Of a stretch of DNA of 64,000 nucleotides, positions 12,901 through 26,135 are shown piece by piece. The position numbers were made by a program, and so were the translations under genes. The notes beneath the pieces were generated by a model, which saw only the letters and a list, made by a program, of their open reading frames with translations, had not been told where the DNA came from and searched no databases. The stretch is from Oikopleura dioica (taxonomy: Eukaryota > Animalia > Chordata). Positions within the stretch are counted from its first letter, which is position 1. The number at the start of each line of letters is the position of its first letter. Where the stretch lies: contig OU015566.1 in assembly GCA_907165135.1 (NCBI GenBank), positions 1 through 64,000 on the forward strand, written 5' to 3'.

Positions 12901-14565
12901 ATTTTAACAGAAATTTAAAGAGTAGAATAAGAGCGAAATGTAACAACGAAAATTGGGATTTAGTATTACAAGAGGTTGTCCATGATATTAACACGGCTGT
13001 TCATTCAGTAACAAAACTGTCACCTTTTACCATACAAACTGGATTTGAAAGTCCACATAATATTTTCGACCCAAATTTTAGAAACTACGACAAAAAATTG
13101 AATATTGATTTTGAATCAATAAAAAAGCTTATCGACGAGGAAAAGCAAGGAAGACTAGATAAATTTGCAAATCCTAAATTTGTTCCTTACAAAATTGGAG
13201 AAAAAGTGCTTTTGCGTAATTTTGGACAGAAAAAACCAGCATTTTTGGGCCCGTTCGATATTATTTCGGTTTCAAAAGAAGGAACTTGGTATAAAGTAAA
13301 ATCTGGAAATCAAATTTTTAGACGTCACGCTGACGATCTCAAGAAATTTAATTCTCGGCCTCAACAAATTGAATTGGAAAATTCGGTGATACATGTCGAA
13401 AAAGAGAATGAAAATAATTTTGTGGCAGACTCCTATAATACTGATTATTCAACCCCTTTTTCTTTTACAAGCTCAAGCTCTTGTTTAACGGAAGATTTAT
13501 CGCCCGGACAAATTGATAAACGATATAATAGCGCTCTCGAAAAAATTTCGTCTATTTTTACGGATAACCTAATAGACAGGATTTTTACAGATTTTATTGT
13601 AGAAATACTAGAAGAGGATGAGAAGCTGTCTTCAGATGAGGCTAGCTCGGTGATTTCGGTGATCGAAAATGAGGGAGGGATAAATTTGGAACAAAAAGAA
13701 ATAGAATCTAATATTCTTGGAAAGACTGTTCCAGTGGACTGTAGAAGGCGACTCGATTTTTCGACGGATTCAGAGTCAGAGTTCGAGCCAGATCCCGAAC
13801 TTTGGGAAGTGACTATGGACTCTGAAGCTGAAGCCGGCGGTAATTCTGAGCCAAATTTAACCTCTTTTGACGCTCTTGACTTGTCTTTTAGTAGAATAGA
13901 TGACCGGAAAATATCTGAGAACTCTTTTGCCGATGCGGAAGAGAGAAACCTGCATTTTGAGGGAAATAATAAGAGGGAGCGGGAGTCATCAAAAGATTCA
14001 GCACCCGATTCAAAAAAAACCAAACCTTGGCTCAGAAGAGTGTAATTTTGATTTTGAAACATCAATAAGTATTAAATTTGAAAATGAGCATGTGGAATTT
14101 TTCGAAAGGCTTGAAAGGAAATATGAGTTATTGAGTGCGGATATGATGATTGAAAAAGGATGCATTCTCAAGTTAGGGGAGCTGACAAGGGAGACCTTAA
14201 TGTATATTCTATTTAAATTCGGAATCAATTTTAATGAAAAGGAAAAAGTAGGAGAACTTAGGATTAAAATTCGAGAATACATAAAAACAAATCATCCGAG
14301 TTGGCGTAAGGGTACTTCTGGAGAGTACTTATTCTTCTCTATCCTAAATCTGAAGGAGAATAAGACTCTCTATGAATTATCGAGACCCGAACTTAAGGTC
14401 CTTATTGCACAGTATAATTTATCGGAAACGCCTGTTCTATCTTACATGTCTAAACCGCAAATGATATTGTTTATTGATCAAAAATTTTCTTCTATGTTTC
14501 CAAACCATCCTCGAAAACAAAATGATCTTATTTTTGGACCAGAACAATTCAATAGTTCTTCCTGA
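9920..14565 (+). CDS. pol: Pol of C: protease (VDTG), RT (YMDD), RNase H, integrase (HHCC, DDE, GPF), acidic linker, tandem HEH-like tail; several frameshifts
   Basis: ORFs 10340-10930, 11013-14045 and 13900-14565; motifs LESDAS, HNYCHAGI...CTYC, VLDNARE, PQSNGQCE. Confidence 0.92.
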
Positions 14566-14608
14566 AAAAAAAAAAAAGGCTCAAAAAGATGCCCTGGTGT
14601 GGCCATAC

Positions 14609-15657
14609 TAATATCGATACTGCAGAAGAACATAAAAAATAAAAATTGAATTATCCTTCAGTCACGGCCAAATTACGCTAACTCGGATAGATTTTTGAAC
14701 GTTTCACAAATCAAATGTAAAACTTGAAATCTTGAGCCGATTTCATGGATTGCCAGCATGAGTACATCATAATCCTTCTTATTCTCTGTAGCGTACGCGC
14801 TATTTCACTTCATTTAAGGCACATTAGCCAACCGTCTTCGGGCGTCTAAATCTCACTCTTTTTAGGAACGCATGAATATTCAACCCTTTTCTATCGGAAA
14901 CAAATCTCAATTCATTATATCTTTAAAATCTCTTTCTAGCTTCAAATTAATCCCTTCTTATTGTGCTGTTATAAAACGATTCTCAAGCTTCAACCTGGAA
15001 AAGCAAAAAACGATGTATTCTTCCTTGATTTCACCCTGGACCAGTTGTATGAGTATTCATCCCCAGCCGAGTTCCGCTTTTTGCGGCTTGACAGTGTGAC
15101 CCCGTGCTCCGCGGGATGGCGCTGTCAGTAACTGCTCCTGGTAGGCGTTTTTGTTTGAACCCTTTTTTGGCTCGATTAAGGACGAATGGCTATCATCTTT
15201 AAAAAACGACAAAACTGCACGTTCTACAACGACGACGACTGCTCCATCAACGACAACGACTACGAACGGACTGACAACGATTTTGGAAATGGACTGATAA
15301 CGACTTCTTATCAAAAGTGATACGGCAACATAGTTGGAAGTTGATCTTTTGATAAGTATAAATGATATCGTGGGAATCGGCTGCTTCTTGCGTAACAATC
15401 ACCGCTGCGAAAATGAAGAAAACAACAAGAAAAACAAAAGCGCGAAACGCGCCGCGCAAAATGAAAACATCCGCGAAAAATTTGGCGAAATGCCCTTATT
15501 TGGAAATTTTACCATCTGCGCAAAATTGAAATTTGAAAATTTGAAATTCGAAAATCATTCTCGATCTTACCTAATAAAATAGCGTCGATTCCCGAATTTT
15601 TAATTGTTTCCCTTGCAAGTTGCAGATTAGCTTAGAGAATCATCCTTATCGGTATCA
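14609..15657 (+). repeat. 3' LTR of C
   Basis: Direct repeat of 7785-8832, with a homopolymer-length difference. Confidence 0.95.
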
Positions 15658-18600
15658 ATAACGATGACCATCGAAAAAAAAATTTTTTTTTTTGAATTTT
15701 TTTTCTGTTGGGTTTGAGAGGCTTAGAATCAACCAAAATGACGCTCGGAAGACGGCAGAAACGCTGCAAATAAAATTTGGGCAAAAACGAAATTTCAAAA
15801 TTTTGACCTCGTTTTTGGGCGATTCATGATAACGATGACCATCGAAAAAAATTTTTTTGAATTTTTTCTGTTGGGTTTGAGAGGCTCAAGATCAACCAAA
15901 ATGACGCTCGGAAGACGGCAGAAACGCTGCAAATAAAATTAGAGCAAATAACGAAATATCAAAATTTTGACCTCGTTTTTGGGCGATTCATGATAACGAT
16001 GACCATCGAAAAAAATTTTTTTGAATATTTTTCTGTTGGGTTTGAGAGGCTCAGTATCAACCAAAATGACGCTCGGAAGACGGCAGAAACGCTGCAAATA
16101 AAATTTGGGCAAAAACGAAATTTCAAAATTTTGACCTCGTTTTTGGGCGATTCATGATAACGATGACCATCGAAAAAAATTTTTTTGGTTTTTTTCTGTT
16201 TGGTTTGAGAGGCTCAGAATCAACCAAAATGACGCTCGGAAGACGGCAGAAACGCTGCAAATAAAATTAGGGCAAAAACGAAATTTCAAAATTTTGACCT
16301 CGTTTTTGGGCGATTCATGATAACGATGACCATCGAAAAAATTTTTTTGAATTTTTTTCTGTTGGGTTTGAGAGGCTCAGAATCAACCAAAATGACGCTC
16401 GGAAGACGGCAGAAACGCTGCAAATAAAATTAGAGCAAATAACGAAATTTCAAAATTTTGACCTCGTTTTTGGGCGATTCATGATAACGATGACCATCGA
16501 AAAAAATTTTTTGAATATTTTTTCTGTTGGGTTTGAGAGGCTCAGTATCAACCAAAATGACGCTCGGAAGACGGCAGAAACGCTGCAAATAAAATTTGGG
16601 CAAAAACGAAATTTCAAAATTTTGACCTCGTTTTTGGGCGATTCATGATAACGATGACCATCGAAAAAAATTTTTTTGGTTTTTTCTGTTGGGTTTGAGA
16701 GGCTCAGAATCAACAAAAATGACGCTCGGAAGACGGCAAAAACGCTGCAAATAAAATTAGGGCAAAAAACGAAATTTCAAAATTTTGACCTCGTTTTTGA
16801 GCGATTCATGATAACGATGACCATCGAAAAAAAAATTTTTTTTTTGAATTTTTTTTCTGTTGGGTTTGAGAGGCTCAGTATCAACCAAAATGACGCACTA
16901 AAGACGGCAGAAACGCTGCAAATAAAATTTGGGCAAAAACGAAATTTCAAAATTTTGACCTCGTTTTTGGGCGATTCATGATAACGATGACCATCGAAAA
17001 AAAAATTTTTTTTTTGAATATTTTTTCTGTTGGGTTTGAGAGGCTCAGAATCAACCAAAATAACGCTCGGAAGACGGCAGAAACGCTGCAAATAAAATTA
17101 GGGCAAAAACGAAATTTCAAAATTTTGACCTCGTTTTTGGGCGATTCATGATAACGATGGCCATCGAAAAAAAAATTTTTTTTTTGAATTTTTTTTCTGT
17201 TGGGTTTGAGAGGCTCAAGATCAACCAAAATGACGCTCGGAAGACGGCAGAAACGCTGCAAATAAAATTTGGGCAAAAACGAATTTTCAAAATTTTGACC
17301 TCGTTTTTGGGCGATTCATGATAACGATGACCATCGAAAAAAAAATTTTTTTTTTGGTTTTTTTTCTGTTGGGTTTGAGAGGCTCAGAATCAACCAAAAT
17401 GACGCTCGGAAGACGGCAGAAACGCTGCAAATAAAATTAGAGCAAAAACGAAATTTCAAAATTTTGACCTCGTTTTTGGGCGATTCATGATAACGATGAC
17501 CATCGAAAAAAATTTTTTTAATTTTTTTCTGTTGGGTTTGAGAGGCTCAGAATCAACCAAAATGACGCTCGGAAGACGGCAGAAACGCTGCAAATAAAAT
17601 TAGAGCAAATAACGAAATTTCAAAATTTTGACCTCGTTTTTGGGCGATTCATGATAACGATGACCATCGAAAAAAATTTTTTGAATATTTTTTCTGTTGG
17701 GTTTGAGAGGCTCAGTATCAACCAAAATGACGCTCGGAAGACGGCAGAAACGCTGCAAATAAAATTTGGGCAAAAAACGAAATTTCAAAATTTTGACCTC
17801 GTTTTTGGGCGATTCATGATAACGATGACCATCGAAAAAAAAATTTTTTTTTTTGGTTTTTTTTTCTGTTGGGTTTGAGAGGCTCAGAATCAACCAAAAT
17901 GACGCTCGGAAGACGGCAGAAACGCTGCAAATAAAATTAGGGCAAAAAACGAAATTTAAAAATTTTGACCTCGTTCTTGGGCGATTCATGATAACGATGA
18001 CCATCGAAAAAAAAATTTTTTTTTTTGAATTTTTTTTCTGTTAGGTTTGAGAGGCTCAAGATCAACCAAAATGACGCTCGGTAGACGGCAGAAACGCTGC
18101 AAATAAAATTAGAGCAAATAACGAAATTTCAAAATTTTGACCTCGTTTTTGGGCGATTCATGATAACGATGACCATCGAAAAAAATTTTTTGAATATTTT
18201 TTCTGTTGGGTTTGAGAGGCTCAGAATCAACCAAAATAACGCTCGGAAGACGGCAGAAACGCTGCAAATAAAATTAGGGCAAAAAACGAAATTTCAAAAT
18301 TTTGACCTCGTTTTTGGGCGATTCATGATAACGATGGCCATCGAAAAAAAAATTTTTTTTTTGAATTTTTTTTCTGTTGGGTTTTAGAGGCTCAAGATCA
18401 ACCAAAATGACGCTCGGTAGACGGCAGAAACGCTGCAAATAAAATTAGAGCAAATAACGAAATTTCAAAATTTTGACCTCGTTTTTGGGCGATTCATGAT
18501 AACGATGACCATCGAAAAAAAAATTTTTTTTTTTGAATATTTTTTCTGTTGGGTTTGAGAGGCTCAGAATCAACCAAAATGACGCTCGGAAGACAACAGA

Positions 18601-18955
18601 AACGCTGCAAATAAAATTAGAGCAAAAACGAATTTTCAAAATTTTGACCTCATTTTTGGGCGATTCATGATAACGATGACCATCGAAAAAAAAATTTTTT
18701 TTTTTTGGTTTTTTTTTCTGTTGGGTTTGAGAGGCTCAGAATCAACCAGAATGACGCTCGGAAGACGGAAGAAACGCTGCAAATAAAATTAGGGCAAAAA
18801 ACGAAATTTAAAAATTTTGACCTCGTTTTTGGGCGATTCATGATAACGATGACCATCGAAAAAAAAATTTTTTTTTTTGAATATTTTTTCTGTTGGGTTT
18901 GAGAGGCTCAGTATCAACCAAAATGACGCTCGGAAGACGGCAGAAACGCTGCAAA
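15658..18955 (+). repeat. ~170 bp satellite, array 2
   Basis: Same tandem unit, continuing across the C insertion. Confidence 0.97.
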
Positions 18956-19174
18956 CAAATGTCAGCTTTTTTTGTTATCGAATTTGAGCGGCTAAGATAG
19001 TCGCTTATTTTCATATCTTTTGATTTTCGCTGAATCGGCTTATAAGAGAACCCTTGAATATTCATAATCCAACGCTGGATTTTCCGGTTTTTTGTTTTTA
19101 GAGAATTTATGAATTTTAAGCATGAATTATCGACGACCCAGTCAAATTCATTAAATAAAAGATACGGTGCCCAG
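18956..19174 (-). pseudogene. pol: Family E pol fragment, part 2 (end of RNase H)
   Basis: RWAPYLLFNEFDWVV...IQRWIMNIQGFSYKPIQRKSKDMKISDYLSR continues the frame of 27456-28561 once B is removed. Confidence 0.88.
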
Positions 19175-20493
19175 TGATATCCTTAGGGATAAATGCCACA
19201 CCCAAAAAAAAAATTGTTTGCTTTCACAGGTCCCCGGTTTTCGCTTGTTCGGATATACTGTTTGGTTTGCTAGATCCGTTAGCTTGGTATCACCAAATTG
19301 ACTGATTTGGTTAATTAAATAGTTTTCACATTTTCTCTCTTCATCTCGTCTGAAATTGTAAAAAGATGGTCATTTTAACGAGCCAGAATGACCCAAAAAT
19401 ATTGTCTTCGCTTCATTATTCTTCTCGCGCTGAGAATGTTTCTCAGTTTCATTGGAATGCTCATCATGCTTTCATCATTATCAACGGGTCGGAAATTAAT
19501 TAAGGGGAATTGTCTAGGATTAATGAGTATGTACGCATACTGTTCGAAATCTCTTATTTAATTTACGACCAATTCTAGCACGATTCATCTCAAGTCGACA
19601 AAAAAGTACCTCGCAAAAACAAAATATTATTAGCACTCTTCTGAATTTTAATTTTATTTGATTACGTTTTGCGAAATTTAGTTCAATTATTGACAGTACA
19701 TATTCCCGCTCAACGACGCTGCCAACTTCAAGTTCTCCGTCAACATCACTCTCGCCATCGAAATGGAGGTCGCCGTAACATTCGCGACGCCGTGGGGTCG
19801 GGTTTTTCTCTTTGTCAGAAAACCCGCTTGTCGCAAATTAGCTAATCCGTAAGAGAAGATACGGTGCGAACCGCGACAGTAACTTCCCCCGGGTACGTTT
19901 CTTTAGCTTTGCTTCTTCTTTTTTTAAAATTAAAAATAGACAAATTCTTTTTAATCTTGACCAAATTTTAATTAATCTGTTTATTTTTAATTCTGTATAT
20001 ATTCTTTTATTTATTTTCATAACTCAAATTACAGTAACTCTTACGGTCACATAGTGAGAAGTTTGAGAAGCTGTAATTCTTTTTCTGTTTTTATGTTTCA
20101 CAAAAATCTTAATTTACGTTTTTATCGCTTTCGTCACCAGCGGCGCCAGACTCAACGACACCAGAAATAACTTGCTTGGCGAGTTCGACAACCTTCAGTT
20201 CAAATCGACAAGAATGCGATCCGAAAGGATTTCCGGAAAGAAAAACCGCTCTGAAGGCCTTGGGCTTTCTTCCTTGATTTCAAAAACAATGCTTTTCAAA
20301 AGCTCAAAAACACCGCTCGTTCAAAAACATGATTTTATCGAACCGCTATTTAATTCTGCGCGCCGCTCTTTTTCCTCATTCAAATCACCAATAAATCCAA
20401 CGTAAATTAAATTTACAAAATTCTCGTTTTTATTCGCTTGGCATTCTTAGAGTTAGAGACACAGTTTTGCTGCAGGATAGTGCTTTGGTATCA
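19175..20493 (+). repeat. 5' LTR of B (~1319 bp)
   Basis: TGATATCCTTAGGG...GTATCA followed by PBS TGGTGACC. Confidence 0.95.
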
Positions 20494-21617
20494 TGGTGAC
20501 CCAGACTCCTGAAGAGGTACTTTTAAAAAGTCATGCCCTTTTCTCGGTTGCTCCAAATCAAATTGTAAAACAGCAAATGCGAAATTTTGAATTTGAATTA
20601 GTTAAGGCGGCAATTGAAGACAAAATACAAAGAGCAAAGTGGCTTTTTGAAAATGCATTAAAAGACAATGAGCGCGCGAACAAGACCGACCTCGAGGCAC
20701 AATTTTCGCGCCTTTGCTCTTCTTTTGTCTACAATTCGTGCTCCCCCGATTTTCTTGCCGAATTCGGTGAAGATTTGTGCGGATTTGAAACAGCCGAGAA
20801 AAAACTGTCATTTTTGACAAATGTTTTTGGGGAGGAATCTGCTGAGGAAAGGGTTCGCCGGGAAAAAGAAAAATTTGAAAATCTTTCACGAAAATCGGAA
20901 AATAACGAAAAATTCGAAATCTTTTTATCACGCGTAAAAACGGTCGCGGAGAAAATTACAAAGAAAACCGACGCGCAAGAATATATTATTGACTCGCAAT
21001 TTCGAAAATCGCTAACGCCGGATCTTCAGAATTTTCTTCGGGATCAATGTATGCTCGAAGAGACTCCCGGGAAAATTGCGGAATATTTAGATAAACGCAA
21101 GCGTTACATTTTCACCCCCAAAGTTGCCCAAATAGAACTTGACAACCGCTTAGGCTCGTTTTTCCAATCAACCTCAGATCTTTTGGCAAAATCGAGCATT
21201 TCGTTTGAAGATCAAATATATCAGCTAAAAACGGAGCACAGAAAGTCTGAGGAATTGGCGGAAAAGCGAGCTAGTGCGCTAGAGGACAAAATCGACACGT
21301 TAACGGCCACAATTGCCCAACTGAAATTTGATCGGCGCCTTGATCAGCAAGGTTTTGCGCGCCAAAATCGTGAGGAAAGAAATGTTCAAAGCAGAAATTT
21401 AGGTGCGCAAAGCTTTGAAAATCGACGGCCCCGACGTTTTTGCGGTTATTGTAATACGGACACCCATTTTCGTAGCCAGTGCCCTTTCGTTACTTGCTTC
21501 CATTGTCAGAAAAAGGGACACATGAAAAGTGCTTGCCCTGATAATCCTGATCGAATTCATGGTCTCCCTAACCCTGTCTCCACGACTGACAAAAATTCTG
21601 CGTCAAAAAACGAGTAA
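20493..21617 (+). CDS. gag: Gag of B, 374 aa, two CCHC knuckles
   Basis: CGYCNTDTHFRSQC and CFHCQKKGHMKSAC. Confidence 0.95.
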   Translation: MVTQTPEEVLLKSHALFSVAPNQIVKQQMRNFEFELVKAAIEDKIQRAKWLFENALKDNERANKTDLEAQFSRLCSSFVYNSCSPDFLAEFGEDLCGFETAEKKLSFLTNVFGEESAEERVRREKEKFENLSRKSENNEKFEIFLSRVKTVAEKITKKTDAQEYIIDSQFRKSLTPDLQNFLRDQCMLEETPGKIAEYLDKRKRYIFTPKVAQIELDNRLGSFFQSTSDLLAKSSISFEDQIYQLKTEHRKSEELAEKRASALEDKIDTLTATIAQLKFDRRLDQQGFARQNREERNVQSRNLGAQSFENRRPRRFCGYCNTDTHFRSQCPFVTCFHCQKKGHMKSACPDNPDRIHGLPNPVSTTDKNSASKNE

Positions 21618-24600
21618 CTGGAACGGTAAGCTTTGGTCAGGCCCAAGTTCCAAAAACTTGTTCAATTTTTCGAATCGGTTTACAATATTTCGTCGAATTA
21701 AAAATGTTTTCAAAGAAAATAAAATGTTTGGTCGATACAGGTGCTCAGTTAAATCTTCTGCCAAAATCGTTTATTCCTGATACCGTTAAAATTAATCCAC
21801 CGGATCTTTTCGCCAAAAATTACGGTGGCGGAAATATCAAAATTTATGGATATGTCGAATGTGATTTTTTTGTTGGTCCCGAACGGTGGGGAAATTCAAG
21901 ATTCTATATTGTCGATAACCATCTTGACCCTATTTTGGGGTCGGAAGCAATCAAAGCAAATGAAATTCAAGTAAATTTACATCGAAATCGTCTAATTAAA
22001 TCTGGCCCAATACAAAGAATGGCAAATTTATGCAATATTTCGACAGAAACCCCCGTTATTGATAAAATCGAAAGGACTGATTTTTTTGCAGTTTCGACAC
22101 AAAATTACACTTTTAGAGGTAAAAGCGAAATATTAATTGATTTAAAAGTCTCAGATTTAGATAAAACAAGAAATTTGTTTTTGGATGAAAATGCGCTCGG
22201 TAATTCAAAGCTTGAACTTATACAATCATTTCAAACAGTAGAGGGCGATAACCCGGTTTTTCGTATGCTTGTGATAAATCCCCTAAACTCGACAGTTAAA
22301 ATTAAAGCGGGAACAGTTTTTGCAAAATTGGCCGAGATCGTTGAGATCGCGCAAATCAAACCATCGAAAAAGACTTTAGAATTTCTGCTTGAACACATTA
22401 AAATTGGAGATATATCCCCGGAAAATCGCCCAAAATTGCTTGAGCTTTTGTTAATATACAGTCATTTATTTCAAGACGAGGATGATTATCTTCCAGTATC
22501 AAATTTAGAAGAATTTTTGATTGAATTAGAAACGGATCAACCAATTTACAGTAATATGTACCGTACGCCATATGCATTGAGAGAAGAATTTAAAAATATT
22601 CTTAGCTCATATCTCGGTCAAGACATTGTTATTCCAATAAATTCACCGTATAATTCACCGGCGCTGTTAGTTCGTAAGCGTAATGGAACGTTTCGTCTTT
22701 GTATCGATTATCGTAAATTAAATTCCATGACATTACAACAACACCATCCCTTACAACAGATCGAGGACATTTTAGGTTATTTGGAGAGTAGTCTGATTTT
22801 TAGCACAATTGACTTAAGAAAAGGTTTCCATCAGTGTCTGGTCGAAGAAAAATCAAGGCCGAAATTAGCGTTTTCATGTGAGTGGGGTCAATTCACATGG
22901 AAAAGGTTACCAATGGGTCTTAAGAACGCCCCGATTCATTTTGCTAAATGTATGGACATAATTTTACGAGACACACCAAAAAGCCAAATTTGTGCCTACT
23001 TGGACGATTTGGTCGTTCACTCAAAAACCGAAACGGAGCACCTCTCAAATTTGGCCAAATTTTTTCAAATTTTAGATCAAAATAATTTACGGATTAATAT
23101 TGATAAAGCTAGATTTTTGAGCGGAAAACGACTATTTTGGGTTTCGAAGTTTGCGACGGAAGAGTTCGGCCATCAACTGATAAGATTGAAGCAGTCCGCA
23201 ACCTTTCGATTCCAAAATGTCGGGAAGAAGCACAGTCCCTTTTCGGGCTCTTATCGCAGCATAGAAAATTTATTAAAAATTTTGCACCTCTTGGAATGGA
23301 AATTTCACGCACATACAGGGGAAATTTTAAATGGACTTTGGAGGCTTCAAAAGCTTTAGATAAATTAAAAACAATTATTTGTAACAACGCGCTTGAGTTA
23401 AAAATTCCTCCCTTGAAAAACGGCGTTTTTGTCCTTGAAACGGATGCGAGCAATCTTAGTCTTGGCGGAGTTTTGTACATTTGCAAAGCAAAAATAAAAG
23501 TCATTGCCATGGCTCAGACTGCTTGCAACCGGTTGCATATCATTCTCTTAATTTTACTCCCTCTCAGCAGCGTTACGGAACACTCGAAAAAGAATTGTAC
23601 AGCGGTAAAATTTGTATGGAACGTTGGCGAGCTTATCTCGCATATGTTGATTTTCTGTGGATAACAGATAATTCTTGCGTCAAATATGCCCAATCGTTTA
23701 AAACTAATAATTTAAAAATACAGCGTTGGTTTACCGAATTGCAAGGATTTTCCTTTACGATTGAGCAACGGAAAACACATCAAATGAAAATCAGCGATTG
23801 CTTGAGTCGGAATAATGTACAACAACAAATTAACCAAGTCAAATTTTCTGCAGAATCATTTATCGAGTTTCAAAAGTCTGATCCTATTCTGTCTCAAGTA
23901 AGACGCTTCGTTTCCGTTGATCGGTGGCCAAATAATCCTAAAAGCGAATTATACCCGTATCATATTCAGAGATCAAATTTAGGATTAAACGAATCTGGAG
24001 AATTAATTTTAAATACGGTTAATAATAATTTCAAGCTTTGCGTCCCGGAGGCATTGACAGAAACAATCTGTGCTGAATATCATGATCATTCTCACTTTGG
24101 AATAGATATTACAGTCGAAAAATCTCTCGAAAATACTTCTGGCCACGGTTAAGAAATTTTGTGGCAGACTATATCCGATCTTGTCATAAATGTCAAATTT
24201 CGAAGCCTAATCTTCATCCAAATCGGCCGTCTCTGGGGAAATCATATACTCCCTCGGGACCATATGAGGTTTTATATTTTGATCTAATCGGTCCGCTACA
24301 AGAAACTGATTACGGGAATAAATATGTTATGGTTGTTATTGATGGATTTAGCAAAAAACTATATGTAGAACCGTTGTCGAATAAAAAATCCGATTATTTA
24401 TTGCAAAAATTTCGTAGTATTTTGTTCCGAAACCCTCAATTTCCAAAATTTGTGGTTTTAGATAACGCAAAAGAACACGTTCTTATCGAGAAATTCTTGG
24501 TAGAAAATAAAATCGGAGCTCACTTCATTCCTCCACGTCACCCGCAATCGAACGGGCAAGTTGAGAATGTCAATCGTACCCTGAAAGCGCGACTTAGAGC

Positions 24601-26085
24601 AAGAACAAATTGGGTTAATTGGGATCTGCAGCTCTTTGAAATAACTCATGAAATTAACAGTAGTGTTCATTCAGTGTTAGAAACAACCCCTTTCTGTGTT
24701 GAAACTGGTATCGAGGATTGTCATTATTTCCAAGATGCTAATTGGCGTCAATATGGGCATAAAGTTGAAGTTGATTTTGAAAAAATTCGATCGAAAATTG
24801 AACAAGAAAAGTCTAAACGAATCAAAAAATTTGAAAATCCAAAATTTAAAGAGTACAGTCTTGGAGACAAGGTTTTGATAAAAAATTTCCGCGAAAAATT
24901 CCCACCATTTTTAGGTCCATTCAGCATAAGTAAAAAATCTCCCAGCGGGTCGTGGTATATGGTCCAAAATGAGAAAGAAACATTCCGTCGGCATGCCGAT
25001 GATATAAAATTATACACTGAGCGTTCTTCTGCTTTTGATCAGTCATTTGAGGCCCAATCGATAACACAGCCGGTCAAGGAGAATAACCCTGAAAATGATT
25101 TCGATTTAGTTGAGGAATTTTTTTCCGGCGATTCTTATTTTGCGGATGAAAACCCCGAAAAGACAGTTGACGAAAAACCCTCGGATGAGTCAGAGCAAAC
25201 TTTTATTCCAAATTCATGTCCTGGACTATTCGGAGCCGAAGAAACTGACTCTGATAATTTATCAAGCGCGACAGAAATGTCAATCACTAGAATAACGGAA
25301 TCCATAGCGAATAACGATGAGATTTTTATGATTGAAAATAATTCGTTTAGTGAGCATAATAGTCAATCTAATGATTTGAATCAGATACAAAATGAAACGA
25401 CTCATCCTCATGACTCCAAGATAAACGCTTCTGATTCAATCTCGTCAGATGATTTTATGTCTTATGATAAATTGCCCGCTGTTGACCCACTTGTTCAATT
25501 AAAAGAAGGAGAGAAAAATCGGATGATTCAGTTGTCGATCGTAAAATCGCAAAATTTACTGTTGAAAATAATCTTGAGAATATGTCAATTCTTATAAAAA
25601 TGGAAAATCACGATCTCGACTTTTTCAAGAAATTAAATGACAAGTGGAAAAATACAGTAGACATTGAGCAAACTTACGTTGAAAATGGATTGTTCATGAG
25701 ACTTAATGAGCTGACGAAAGACACGCTATTATACATTCTTTTTAAAATGGATCAGGAGTTTGATATCGAGGAGTCAAGAGCGAATCTTCAGATAAAAGTG
25801 AAGGAAACGATTCGTAAAAAATATCCGAACTGGCGTAAATCAAAGAGCGGACAGCTTCTTTTCTTCGGAATTTTTAGGGTTCAAAAAGAGAGGACGCTGT
25901 ACGAACTTTCTGTCCCCGAATTAAAAACTGTCTGCGCAGCGTATAATTTACCGTGTAAAATTCATAATTCTTCAAAAACTTTTCTGCAAGCTTTTATTGA
26001 AAAAGAACTCCTAAAAATTTGTCCAAATCATCCAATGCGCAAAAACACAATTATTTTTCAACCTGACAATGAAACAGAAATTTGA
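21605..26085 (+). CDS. pol: Pol of B (PR VDTG, RT YLDD, RNase H, IN, HEH-like tail), entered by -1 frameshift; indel breaks
   Basis: ORFs 21704-23359, 23137-23664, 23481-24152, 24161-25597 and 25582-26085 are collinear with A Pol. Confidence 0.92.
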
Positions 26086-26135
26086 AAAAGATTGGCAAAA
26101 AAAGACGCTCGTTTTAGACCCATGGAAGGTCATAG

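Larger units (their letters stand above)
7785..15657 (+). mobile_element. Full-length gypsy LTR retrotransposon family C inserted in the satellite, TSD ATAAC
   Basis: LTRs 7785-8832 and 14609-15657 near-identical; ATAAC at 7780-7784 and 15658-15662; gag-PR-RT-RH-IN order. Confidence 0.96.
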
